Origin: Veleropilina oligotropha
Taxonomy: Eukaryota
Assembly: GCA_048128005.1 (NCBI GenBank)
Contig: JBEUKZ010000078.1
Coordinates: 62,001 to 126,000 of the forward strand
Direction: 5' to 3'
DNA length: 64,000 bases
Within the stretch, counting starts at the first letter, position 1. Each line of letters begins with the position of its first letter. The notes under the pieces are model-generated. The model was not told the origin of the DNA, searched no databases, and saw nothing but the letters and a program-made list of their open reading frames with translations. The translations under genes were made by a program, and so were the position numbers. Shown piece by piece: positions 20,801-33,471 of the stretch.

Positions 20801-23040
20801 TGGGATTTCAGATCAACGAGACAAAATCCTGCTTCGTACCCTCGACGACGTTTACGTTCCTCGGAGTCGACTTCGATACGGTCCGGTACACCGCGAAGCC
20901 GACCCAGAAGCGTATGCGGAACCCACGCGCGGTTATCCAAGACACCCTGTCATCGGACATAACTACGGCGCGACAACTGGCCACTGTCCTGGGGTACATC
21001 GAGTCGGTAGCGCCCCTGCTACCGACGGGTCGCATGGACAAAAGACCGTTACAACAGGCGTTCAGGGATCGCTGGATACAACGGACGGGGCAGTGGACGG
21101 ATCGCATCGATCTACGGCATTGGTTTACCGACACGACAGCAGTGTGGTTGAACCCCGCTTTGCCGGACCAGTCGGTTCCTATATCCCCACCAGAGCCGAA
21201 CGCTTACCTGTTCACAGACGCTTCGAACGACGGCTGGGGTGGTCACCTCGACAGCTACGAGACATCAGGCCTATGGCCGACAGACCTTCAGGGACGACAT
21301 ATCAAAGCCGTCTACCTGTCAGTACGGTCCCTCTCGTTACATCTCCGCAACAAGCACATAATGCTCGCCACGGACAACACGACTGTCGTCGCTTACATAC
21401 AGCACCAGGGCGGCACTCGCTCGCGTCCCCTATGCGACCGAGCAATAGACCTACACCGCTTAGTGATGTCCCTCAACTCGACGATTCGAGTCCGACACAT
21501 CCCGGGAAAGCTGAATGTCAGAGCGGATTCGCTCTCTCGGAAATCACAGATAATACACACAGAGTGGACGCTACACAGCCGAGTAGCTCGGGACGTTTGT
21601 CGCCGGTGGTCACAACCCCCTAGTCGATTTGTTTGCAACAGAATTCAATTACCGACTACCTCTGTATGTCTCCCCGTACCCAGACCCGGCTGCCCTAGCG
21701 GTCGACGCACTGTCAATGACATGGGAGAATCTGTCCGCGTATGCCTTCCCCCCGACGTGCATTCTATCACTGGTATTACAGAAGGCAGCGACCGAACGTT
21801 GCGAGATAACGCTAATAGCGCCCCTGTATCGCACGCAACCTTGGTTTCCGACCCTCCTCGATCTGATCGTCGATCGACCGTTAGCGTTACCGCAGAAACT
21901 AGACCTGTTAATGCAGCCACGCACCCGTGTACTCCACGAGTCGCCGAACCACTTACGTTTACACGCCTGGCGGTTATCGAACGATCCCTTGCTAAGAAAG
22001 GATTTTCTAAAGCTACAGCCTTACGTATCTTCCGATCGAGAAGGATTTCCACGACAAAAGTCTATGACTACCGATGGGTTAAGTACGTGGATTGGTGTCA
22101 CAGCAGGCAGGTCAATATACTCCGTCCCCCTGTGAACAAGTTTATCGAGTTTTTATCGTCGCTCTTCGACCGCGGTATGTCAGTGTCCGCCGTCAAAGGC
22201 TATCGGGCAACGATCGCGACCACGTTAAAACAGTGTCGTGCCCATGCCGGCCTATCAAGCGACCGAACGATATCAGATTTTATACGATCTTACGAACTCG
22301 AGATACCGACCCGGAAAATCAAGCCACCTGCTTGGAATATCGTACTTATTCTTAACGCATTACTCTTACCCCCGTATGAGCCGATGTCCGAGATAACCAT
22401 GAGGAACTTGACGCACAAAACGGTTTTTCTGATCGCCTTAGCGTCGGGCAGGCGTTGTTCCGAGATTCATGCTTTCTCCCCCGAGCTAAGAGAATACGAT
22501 TCCAGTCAGACGGGTCGGTGATACGGCGTCCTATTCTGGGCTTCCTAGCCAAGAACCAACGGCCGAACGAGGACGCACCCGATGTTGTTATCCCCAAGCT
22601 AACGCTAGTCGGAAGGCGCGACATAGACCGCTTCAATTGCCCGGTCCGGGCGCTTCGGTTCTACCTAGACAGAACCCGTGATTTGCGGCAGGGAAAATTA
22701 CGTTTATTCATATCGTATTTGCCCACCTACACCCGCGACATTACGAGGACTACTGTTTCGCGGTGGATTTCACAGACAGTGATGTATACATCCGCTGTGA
22801 CTACGAAGACCGCACTTTTTTATCGGTCCGCGCTCACGAGGTCCGGGCTATTGCTGCACCTGTTGCCTTCCGACATAGTTTGAATATCACTGCGTTACTT
22901 CAAGCAGGTTATTGGAACACGCTAATGTGTTTGTTAAACATTATCTGCGGGACTACTCAACAGGTGCTGATAGTTTGAGCAGTTTACAGTGTGTTGCTGC
23001 ACAAAGATGTATTGTTAGACCGAGGTCATCTAACCAGTAA
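17847..23040 (+). pseudogene. DIRS-A gag/pol/YR, disrupted
   Basis: Homologous to B; start ATG changed to CTG, in-frame stops near 18970, many frameshifts, 15-nt deletion removing the RNase H NFLEL segment. Confidence 0.9.
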
Positions 23041-24146
23041 GTATTGTTCTCTGATTGATCATTTGCATATTTACTGACGCCATTTTATATTAGTAGCAAT
23101 ATACTCTACGTCATTACCTATGCCATAATAGCCCTATTATCGCTAAACCGGAAACTGTGAAAAAGCGTTTCACTTTCATTTAAACTTACACGCTTACCCC
23201 CCCTGCTCACCTCTCTCGCGTTCCTCCCACGAGATCTGCCCAAGTCTCGCGAGACCTCAGAGACCAAGACAGATCTGGTATCCTTTTTAAGTCTTCCGTC
23301 AGTCTGTCCGGACGTGCTTTTCAGTAGTCAAGAAATTAGACTATCAGAAGTTACTTTTAAATAAGTTTCTGTCGCACAATATTGTGCCATTCATATATAT
23401 ATATGAACTGAAGACGTATTAAACTGTGTTCGGAGTATTAGGCCGAATTTACAAAGATTTAAAAGTTGTGAGATTCTGGCCACGAGGTTTTCGGCCCGCC
23501 ATCTTGGAATTTACGATGTAAAGATCTAAAGAGGGCCGCTCAGGAGGGAACGTTCTTCAAGCAGGAAAGCTTCGCATAGGCGAATCCTTTCATAGCAGGA
23601 AGTGTTTGTGTTCTAATATTGCTTGAAATTACTTGTAATTCATTTATATATTAGATAATTCCTTAGCGGCGCATCTTGCTTAAATTCTTAGTAACCTTGT
23701 TCAATCGAATTTAGCGTCGCTAACAAGGCAGATATTTAGGTATTAACGTGCGTTATTTAGCCTATCTGCCGAATCTGGGATATTTCGCCAAAGCTCTAAC
23801 CTTTTGAAATCAACATCCACGAGGTTTTCAGGTGTTTAAAGGCGGCTGTTCTATATATATAGCCTCCTACTAACTATATATCCGCCTCATTCAATTTGTT
23901 AGTGTCCGACAAGCCGTTTTAATAAAGCTTGTACGTCGGGCTTGGTTTATATTCTAGTCGGGTTACTTGTCTGTTCTTCGGTTGTACCGAAGTGTGATTC
24001 ATAACATTTAGGGTCAATATCCGGTCTTTTCCTTTATACTCGGATTAGAGACCCCTATATAAGGTGTAGTAGTTTAACACGAAGCGTACTACCCGGATAT
24101 CCCTAAATTCCCGGTTCCCACTACCTTTCCTACCCGTGTAACAGCT

Positions 24147-26145
24147 ATGGTCCGTTGCAGTGAGCCTGAGTGTAACCAAAAGATACACAGCTTCGACAAG
24201 CATTCGGTATGTCGCATTCACCGTAGTTGTGCTAAGAGATACCCCTGTGCTAAATGTCTACTTTTAACGGATCGGCAGTGGGCGCTCATCTACCCACCAG
24301 GGACGACGGCTACCAGGGAGTCCGTCTCTGTTGGGCTTCCCCCGGACCTTACAGCGAACAGCTGAGCAGGGCAGGCTATCCCCTTCCTCTCTTTCGGCCT
24401 CGGAAGAGCAGGGGACGGCTAGTCCTTCTGTCACAAGTGGTATGCCGAGCGGCATACTGCGGACGGCAGAGCAAGTTGGAACAGTTGCCGGACACCACCA
24501 CGGTGGTTTAAGATCCGGACCTTAAGATCCGGACCTTAACGACACCCGACTCACTGGCCGATGGTGCGACCGACCCTCCCCAGGGTTCGTCCTTACACCT
24601 CAGAGCTCCCAGTCTTGTCGGAGGGCCCGCCGACTCCCCTGACCCCTTTGGGCTCAGACTAGTTGGCGCGGACGGACCGGCTGCGTTCGGGATGGGTATG
24701 TACGCGGGAGCTTCCCCCGTCTACCCCCTGAACAGAGCGGCGACCCCCACGGGACTGTGGCCGCAGTCTTTCGGGAGTCGCGCTCCGGTTAACACGCCTT
24801 TTGGCCCGTTCTCCGCGAGTACCCGCTCGTCAGGTGATGTGAGACCCTGGTTCTCATATCAATCTGGCCCAGCAGCCCGTCTACCATGCGCCACGATGTC
24901 CTCGAGCGATCCACTGGCTGTTGGATCGACGCCCGTCTTGCCTGTTGGTCTCTCTTTGGAGAGCGTCCATGCAATGATTGCGGCGGAATTCGAGGCCCGC
25001 AGTAGGGCCTGGCTACCGGCTGTTCAGCCGCCCCAGGTCTCTGCTCCTCTGCTCGTGGCCCAGAGCACGGCTCCTGCCTCGGTGATGGAGGTCGACCCTC
25101 GTTCCGACGAGGACGTCCCCTCCGATCGCTCCGATCTTCTTGAATCGGTCGGTCCCGATGACTCTCGTAGTCAATCAGGCTTGCAGGAGCCGATCTCCGC
25201 CACCCGCCGAAGACACGACGCCGTCGCGTCGCTTCGCGGGGTGCTAGATCTACCCGACCCGGCTCGTCCGGTAGGTATGATCAAGCACAGGACGGCAGCA
25301 CACCGTTTTGCTGAGTCGGAGGCTCCCCAGCTTCCCGTACTCCCCCAGTCTGGCTTGGTGGATCTGGTTCTGGATCAGACCACCCGGGCCATTCAGGGAG
25401 GCAAGACAGTGGAGACGTCTTCTCTTACGGAGTTCCCTCGGGGCCTCCGTAGAGGAAGATACCTCCGGCCTAGTTCGCGACCGTTGCCGATCGCGCTTTC
25501 TGAGCCGTGCCTGAGCCAGCACAGATTGACGTAGCGATGCGTCGTCTGTCTGCCAGTCAAGCTCCCTCAGTAGCGAAGGTACCATGGGCCGCCATGGATG
25601 CCTTCGAGAGCTGTGCCCGACGAGCTCTGCGGCTGTCGTCTGTTCAGGACTCGTTCCTGGACGGTGCGATAGCCGTTCTACAGGAGGACCGACCCGGCGC
25701 TCGCGAGACCGCCCTGTCCTTCCTCCACGAGGTTGCTGCCGCAACGGAGAACAACGCGTTGGAGTCCGCGCGTGTCTTGGGCAATGCGCTCCTACTTCGT
25801 AGGGACGCCTGCCTCGAGGGTACATCGTTAGATGACGCCACCCGGCGTTCTCTGCGATGTGTGCCCTTGTCGGCCCCGACTCTCTTCGGAGGCGAGTTCA
25901 CCGAATTCGTCGACAAGAGAGCCGTTGAGCTGAAAGATCGTGCGATTGAGCGCGCAGTATTGACTACCCCTCGGGGTACTCAACCTGCCCCCTCAAGGAA
26001 GCGTTCGGCCCCGACTCGGGGCGCGAAAGCTTCCAAGCGTGCCAGACCTTCTCGGGGTGGGCCTCCGGCCCGGAAATCCAGCGAGAAAAAAGGCCCTCCA
26101 ACTAAATCCCGTCAGAGCGGGAGAGGGAAGCCGTCACGGCCCTAG
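24147..26145 (+). pseudogene. DIRS-C ORF1 (Gag-like), frameshifted
   Basis: Homologous pieces in different frames; 14-bp tandem duplication near 24508..24538 with a stop; further indels near 24350 and 25510. Confidence 0.85.
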
Positions 26146-28220
26146 GGTTGCCGGCACTCGCGACGTGCTCAGCTGCGCGCTCCCGCCGGTGGGAGCGTGC
26201 CTGTTAGGCTACAGCCAGACGTGGCTAGAGTTAACAGACAGCAGCTGGGTCCACTCAGTCGTGAGTGCTGGATACAAGTTGAGTTTCAACCGGCATCCAA
26301 CCCTATCCGTGACACCACCACCAAGACACGCTCGCCTCCTTCAAGGAGAGAAGCAAGCGGTCTTAGACCAGGCAGTGCGGGACTTACTCTTAAAAAGAGC
26401 CATCTATCCCGCGCCGCCCAGCACACCAGGATTTTACAGCCATTTCTTCCTGGTCCCGAAACCCGATGGCCGCTGGAGACCGATCCTCGATCTCTCGCAC
26501 CTCAACCGCTATTTGCGTACCGAGAAGTTCCAGCAAGAAACACTCTCGAAGATACGAGCGGCCATCCGTCCGGGCGACTGGGCAGCGTCTATCGACCTGA
26601 CAGATGCGTACTTACACGTTCCGATTCATGCCTCGGCTCATCAGTACCTCAGGTTTATACACGGGGGGACGATCTACCAATTCAGGTGCCTACCGTTCGG
26701 TCTATCGTCAGCCCCCTATGTCTTCACGCGGGTAGTACAGGCCCTCGGGGCCTTCCTACACTCGCTAGGGCACAGAGTACACATGTATCTCGACGACTGG
26801 TTGATTCTCGGGGCGTCCCGGGATCGGTGCCTCCAGTCTATGAGCGTTACCCTGTCATCGGCGAAGCGCCTAGGATTACAGATCAACAACGAGAAATCCT
26901 GCTTCGTGCCCTCGACGACGTTTACGTTCCTCGGAGTCGTCTTCGACACGGTCCGGTACACCGCGAAGCCGACCGACAAACGTATTGTGAACCTACGCGC
27001 AGTTATCCAGGACACAAGGTCATCGGGGATAGCCACGGCGCGACAACTGGCCACTGTCCTGGGGCACATCGAGTCGGTAGCGCCCCTGCTACCGACAGGA
27101 CGAATGGACAAACGACCGTTACAGCAGGCCTTCAGGGACCGCTGGGTGCAACGGACGGGACAGTGGACGGATCGTATAGATCTTCGGCATTGGTTCAATC
27201 ACTCGACAGCAGTGTGGCTGAACCCTGCATTGCCGAGCCAGTCGGTTCCCATTTCCCCGCCAGAACCGAACGCCTTCCTATACACGGACGCTTCGAACGA
27301 GGGCTGGGGAGGTCACCTCGACAGTCACGAGACATCGGGCCTTTGGCCGACGGACCTGCAGGGACGACACATAAACTATCTAGAACTAGAAGCGGTCTAC
27401 CTGACAGTACGGTCCTTCTCGTCACATCTCCGCAACAAGCACATACTGCTCGCCACGGACAACACGACTGTCGTCGCATACGTTCAACACCAGGGCGGCA
27501 CTCGCTCGCGTCCCCTATGCGACCGAGCAATCAACCTACACCGCTTAGTGATGTCCCTCAACTCGACGATACGAGCGCGACACATCCCGGGAATATTGAA
27601 CGTCCGAGCGGACTCGCTCTCTCGGAAATCGCAGATTATACACACAGAGTGGACGCTACACAGCCGTGTAGCTCGGGAGGTTTGCCGCCGGTGGTCTCAA
27701 CCCCAAGTCGATCTGTTTGCAACAGAGTTCAATCACCGACTCCCTCTGTATGTCTCCCCGTACCCGGACCCGGCCGCCCTTGCGGTCGACGCGTTGTCAA
27801 TGACATGGGAGAATCTGATCGCGTACGCCTTCCCCCCCGTCGTCCATATTACGACTTGTACTACAGAAGGCAGCGCGAGACCGCTGCGAGATAACGCTAA
27901 TAGCGCCCCTCAATCGCATGCAGTCTTGGTTTCCGACTCTTCTCGATCTAATCGTCGATCGACCGCTTGCGTTACCGCAAAGGCCGGACCTGCTAATGCA
28001 ACCACGCTCACGGGTGTTACACCCGTCGCCAAACGAACTTCGTTTACACGCATGGCGGTTATCGAACGATCGCTTGTTGAGAAAGGATTTTCTCGCGCTA
28101 CAGCCCTCCGCATTTACCGATCGCGAAGACAATCTACATCTAAAGTCTATGACTACCGATGGGTCAAATATGTGGATTGGTGTCACAGGCGGGAAGTTAA
28201 TATACTCCGTCCCCCTGTGA
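26144..28220 (+). CDS. DIRS-C RT/RNaseH/MT ORF with one +1 indel in a C run (27832..27838)
   Basis: YLDD, TDAS, DNTT, ADSLSR, VDLFA; C-terminus resumes in ORF 27918..28220. Confidence 0.85.
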
Positions 28221-29134
28221 ACAAATTTATCGAGTTCATTACGTCGTTATTCGAACGAGGACTTTCTGTTTCGGCCGTCAAAGGTTATCGGGCCTCTATC
28301 TCGACTACACTCAAACAATGTCGTTCCCGAATTGACTTATCGTCAGACCGTACTATTTCTGATTTAATCAGGTCCTACGAACTCGAAAGACCGATTTCTC
28401 TGGCGCGGCCGCCAGCATGGAATATTATCCTTATACTTAATGCTCTGCTAGAAAGCCTGTTTGAGCCGTTACGTAATGCTTCCTTACGTAACCTTACTTA
28501 CAAAACCGTATTTCTAATTGCGTTTGCGTCGGGCAAAAGGGTTTCTGAGATACACAGCTTCTCAGCAGAGCTCCGTGATATTAGATTCCAGTCTGACGGA
28601 TCGGTCATTTTACGTCCTATATTAGGATTTATTGCTAAAAACCAGCGGCCAGGCGATATTGCTCCAGAAGTCGTTATTCCTACGCTTTCTATTGTCGGTA
28701 GAAATGATATCGATCGACTCAACTGCCCGGTGCGCGCGCTTCGCTACTATCTGGACCGAACACGTGACTTCCGTCGTGGCAAAAAACGCTTATTTATTTC
28801 GTATTTGCCAAATTTCACCCGCGATGTATCGAAGAATACTATCTCGAGATGGATATGTCGGACGGTTCAGCAGATTTACTCTAATTCCAACGAAGCTGAC
28901 CGCAACCTTATTGCGGTCCGTGCCCATGAAACAAGAGCGATATCGACGAGCCTGGCATTCAGACATTGTCTGAATATTACCTCCCTGCTACAAGCAGGGT
29001 ATTGGAGAAATCCGAACGTGTTTGTGAAACATTATTTACGCGATTTCTCGACTGGCGCGGATGGTTTGTCCAGTGTACAATGTGTTGCGGCGCAACACTG
29101 CATTACCAGGACATCTAGGTTAAATACACGGTGA
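26146..29134 (+). CDS. DIRS-C tyrosine recombinase ORF (same single indel)
   Basis: SGKRVSEI, AHETR, GYW, FVKHY; upstream overlap frame 26146..27838 is stop-free. Confidence 0.85.
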
Positions 29135-29942
29135 CAGGTATTGTAAACAATTAATTGTAATTATACAGTCACTCCGCATTTTTGTGCAACTCTATTGTGT
29201 AGCTTGCTAACAATTAGTGTTGTGTTTCTTTGTGTTGTCTGCAGTCCAATATTGCTATTTATGGACTGAGACTAAATTGTCAGATCTGAGTTCACATGAC
29301 ACATGCCACTCACATTGAAAGTAGACATTTATAATGCTAAATCTTAAAAGGGGTTTTTTAGATTTTGATATTATTGAAGTTCATTTGCTGTTATGAACTT
29401 ACGGTGTTGCGACATTGAAAAATTTAATATCATTCGATCTTTAACTATTCTTTAAGTAACATGGGGACATGTTTGCATTTCGCTATTTGGTCAAGCGATT
29501 TTATGATTAATATGGAATATAATATGTACGTGTATATATTACTTATATCTATTAATTATTGCATAACTGGTTACATTCACAACCTTTTCAGGTACTGTAT
29601 GTTTGTCGCAAGTTGACTGCATCTTTTGGTTACCGGCCTCGACGCCCAGGGTTTACTAAAAGCTGCTTCGGTCCATGACATCTAAGTCCTACAGGATTTA
29701 TCCTCCGGCCTTGCCTGGGGCTGATTGCACTTTCGCGTCACCTTGTCCGACTAACACCTCTGGCGTTTTTTCCCAGGTTCATTGGTCAAAATTCTGTCGG
29801 GGTAAGGGTAGAATTGTAATACTCAGTAATTCCATCCTGAGCGGACGCGAGTCGGCGATACTAGCTGTCTCCATGGTGACAAGTAAGTAACTTGTTTGGG
29901 TATTAATTTCGTTAGAACTTAGCCCACCGTCCAAAGTTATTC

Positions 29943-30031
29943 TGGCATAGGTAATGCCGTAGAGTATATTGCTACTAATAAGAGGTTTTTAGGTAAACCT
30001 AGTATTAGTTAGAATATACTTACGTCATTAC
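29943..30031 (+). repeat. ICR of DIRS-C
   Basis: GCTACTAAT|AAGAGGTTTTT is the complement of the left and right termini. Confidence 0.93.
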
Positions 30032-31122
30032 ACGTCTACCCACCCTGCTCGTGGTATTCGCATCCAACCCCTCTTGCTAAGTTCCTCTACGCACACTGCA
30101 GATTCCTCTGACTTAAAAAGGATACCAGATCTGTCTTGGTCTCTGAGGTCTCGCGAGACTTGGGCAGATCTCGTGGGAGGAACGCGAGAGAGGTGAGCAG
30201 GGGGGGTAAGCGTGTAAGTTTAAATGAAAGTGAAACGCTTTTTCACAGTTTCCGGTTTAGCGATAATAGGGCTATTATGGCATAGGTAATGACGTAAGTA
30301 TATTCTAACTAATACTAGGTTTACCTAAAAACCTCTTTTTTGTTGGCCAAACGGTGCTATGAAATTAACACCTATGAGGCAGTTCAATGTCTGTTCATTT
30401 CTTAAATCTATTTTAAGATTTTGTACTTTTCATGTCACACCTGAGTGCTGACAGCCAGATTACATTGAATTTAATAAAACAACTTTTATAATTTTGCACA
30501 AATCTTAAAAAAGATTGAGGTTCAATATTATTATGTTCTTTGCTGTAATCGAACATACGATGTTCAATACATTGAAAATTTTTGATTCCTTAACATTTAT
30601 TTTTAAGTAACATGTCGAACATTTTTGCTTCCTTAAAATTTATTTTAAGTGACATGTCGTCCATGTTAGCGTTCGCAAGTTGGTCATGCGAATTACTTAT
30701 TAATATCGATTATTTATAATAATCTATTAATTCTTTGCTTTTGATTTAAAGCTTTCACAACCTGTTAGGTTCCGTGTGCTTACAAATCCGACTGCATCCT
30801 CTGGCTACCGGCCTATTGGCCCGGAGTCCCATTTGGCTGCCACTGGTCCATGACACGTAAGACCTACAGGGATTTATCCTTCCGGCCGTGCCTGGGGCTG
30901 ATTGCACTTCCGTTCACCTCGTCCGACTAATACCACGGCGTATTCTCCCGGTAACACTGGTCGAAATTCTCGCTTGGTAAGAGTAGAATATAATACTCAG
31001 TAAAATTCCACTCTAGGCGGACACAATCGACGCTTCATGCTGATTGAATTGGTGACAAGTAAGTCATTATCTTGTTTGGGTTTGTTGTAAGGAACGTCTT
31101 ACCCACCTATCCAAGGTTATTC

Positions 31123-31213
31123 TGGCAAGAGTAAGGACGTAAGTATGTTTGTAACTACATATGAGGTTTTAATTTAAACCTAATATTAGTATAAAACATA
31201 CTTACGTCCTTAC
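31123..31213 (+). repeat. ICR of DIRS-A
   Basis: GTAACTACAT|ATGAGGTTTT is the complement of the left and right termini. Confidence 0.93.
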
Positions 31214-33471
31214 CACGATTACCCACCCTGCGTTTCGCATTCCTCCCCTCTACTACGTTCCTTTGTGGTTTTTTAACTTTGAATTGAGGTCTTGTGACTT
31301 CTATGGTTCAGAAGTCTCGCGAGACTTGGCGAGATCTCGCGGGGGAACGTGGGGGAGGGGGAGCAGGGGAGGTAACCGTGGTACGTTTTTGCGTTTTTGA
31401 CTTATTAATAGTGCATAATGTGACTTATTCACTGTTTCCGGTTAGCGATAATATTACTATTATGGCAAGAGTAAGGACGTAAGTATGTTTTATACTAATA
31501 TTAGGTTTAAATTAAAACCTCATTTTTGTATTGTGTGACACCCATAGTTCACAGAAAAATTTGTTGTCAATTTTTCTTGGGTCATGTTTTCCATAACAAT
31601 GTTCATATTGGTAAATCTACAGTTTGAAACAAAATTTGAAATTGAATTTTTAAAGATAACCTAGTCTTGTAGCATATCAAATTAAAGCTCTTCATCTGAA
31701 TAATGCAGAAAACACTTCATTTGATCTATACTGTCTAAAATATAGAGGTGGTATTTGAAAAAGTTAGAAAAGTCAACATTTTTAAGGCGTCATTTGAGAT
31801 CGTTGTAAGAAAGTCTAGAAATATGTCAAATCCTAGCTACTATGTCATTTTATTGGATTTTCTATAAGGACTTATCCTATTTATTCTTTATGACACATAT
31901 ATGGATGTATGATTCCGTTTCCATGAATTTGTCAGTGGAATTCCTTGGTACTAAACTATGTCTTATGATTACAATATTATATGACAGGTATCGCAAGTTT
32001 TTCCTGACCACCTGGTTTCACCCTCCATTGGAGATTCATGTTGTGTTTTGTACATGCCTTAACTCTCAGGAATTTGTCTTTCTCTGGATTTATAACATAA
32101 TGTATAATAGATAAATGGTAATTCATTAATTTACTCAAATTCCATTATCAGATGGATATGATTGAAAATGGTCCCACATGTGACAATAGATGTCTAAAAT
32201 GCACTAGCAGCAGGAAAGTGATCGAAATATATAAACAGGATTCAATAATGTCCCGTTTAGAAACATTAGTGTGGATCATGCAGTCAAATATATTAACCGA
32301 ATGATGAAGGTTAAAGGTTGTCTTTGTGGCATCACTCAAAAACCTGCAGCACTAATCATATTTACCACCTAAGATAATATAACTCATGGAAAACTGGTCC
32401 CAGTTGGCAAGGCTTCTAGCCGCAGCACGAATGCGACCTTAAATTGATCGACAAGAAGCATTTGAAAAACTAGAAAAACTATGTTCCCCGGAACATGGGT
32501 ATGCCCCGAGGAGCTCTCGTTGTGCATAATGTCCTTGAAAAGAAAATGTAAGTATAGGTTATAACACGAGGTTTGGTTGTCTAATCGGAATAAACTCATT
32601 ATTATAGTGTTAGACGTAGTTCCCCCTAGTCTAACTAACAATATGTTTATTTTACATCACAGGCAATAGAATGACGTCATAACAATGTTTTTAAAAAATT
32701 TCAACTTTGGATCCTATGTTCATGTTTACTATATGAGTGCTAGCCACCTAAAAATGTTTAATTAATATTAGTGAGAAAAGATAAAATCATTATAGGTTGC
32801 CAATATCAACTTATGTGTATGCAAAAAGGGCATGAGAAACCCATATGTACTCATTAAAAATATGTTGATGGAAATGTCCAAAAAAACCAATTTCACACAT
32901 TATTTAAATTAAATCCAATATCACGGCCATAGTGGTAAGTGAAATCACTATAGCCAAAACAACAAATTATTGCGCATGCCTGAGCAACCCAAATGACCTG
33001 ATTGAAAACTTTTAACTAAATTTTCTATGTCAAAATTCAAGTATTTTAACCATTATTTACATTAAATTATTGTAGAGCAGGGAAACAGGCAGCATCAATA
33101 TATTCACTACCAAATTATGTGTATGCAAAAACCATCTTGATCACTCATATGAACTCCTTGAAAATATTTGATCAAAAACTTTAACCGAAAATTCTATGTC
33201 CAAAATCACCAATTTTATGCAGTACACTGTAATTAAATTAAATTCACTATCACTGCCATGTGACATCCATAAAACATTACAAAAGCACATAAATATATTC
33301 CAAAAAGTGCCTTCAACAGCCCATATACATCACCTGAAAAACTTGAACCAAAAACTTTTGACCAGAATTGCTTTATTTGCAATAATTAATTAAATTTTAT
33401 TAAATATCACTTGCAGGGTACCAGGTAACATATATATAATCAATATAAAGCATATATATATATATATATAT

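Larger units (their letters stand above)
23089..30337 (+). mobile_element. DIRS1-like retrotransposon C (divergent subfamily, 7,249 bp), nested 48 bp after the YR stop of A
   Basis: 187-bp ITR cores 23107..23293 and 30110..30296; ICR 29943..30031; flanks rejoin to match B 16621..16640. Confidence 0.95.
9408..31523 (+). mobile_element. DIRS1-like retrotransposon A (outer, ORFs decayed; about 7.4 kb after removing B and C)
   Basis: 216-bp ITRs 9418..9633 and 31275..31490, identical by eye; ICR 31123..31213; body in segments 9408..10359, 17804..23088, 30338..31523 collinear with element B. Confidence 0.93.

Noticed and set aside
26039..29134. 1,031-aa single ORF fusing RT-RNaseH-MT to the tyrosine recombinase
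   Set aside because: Caused by one extra C in a homopolymer (C7 at 27832..27838 vs C6 in A and B) that swaps frames mid-MT domain; a private mutation or sequencing error, not a novel architecture
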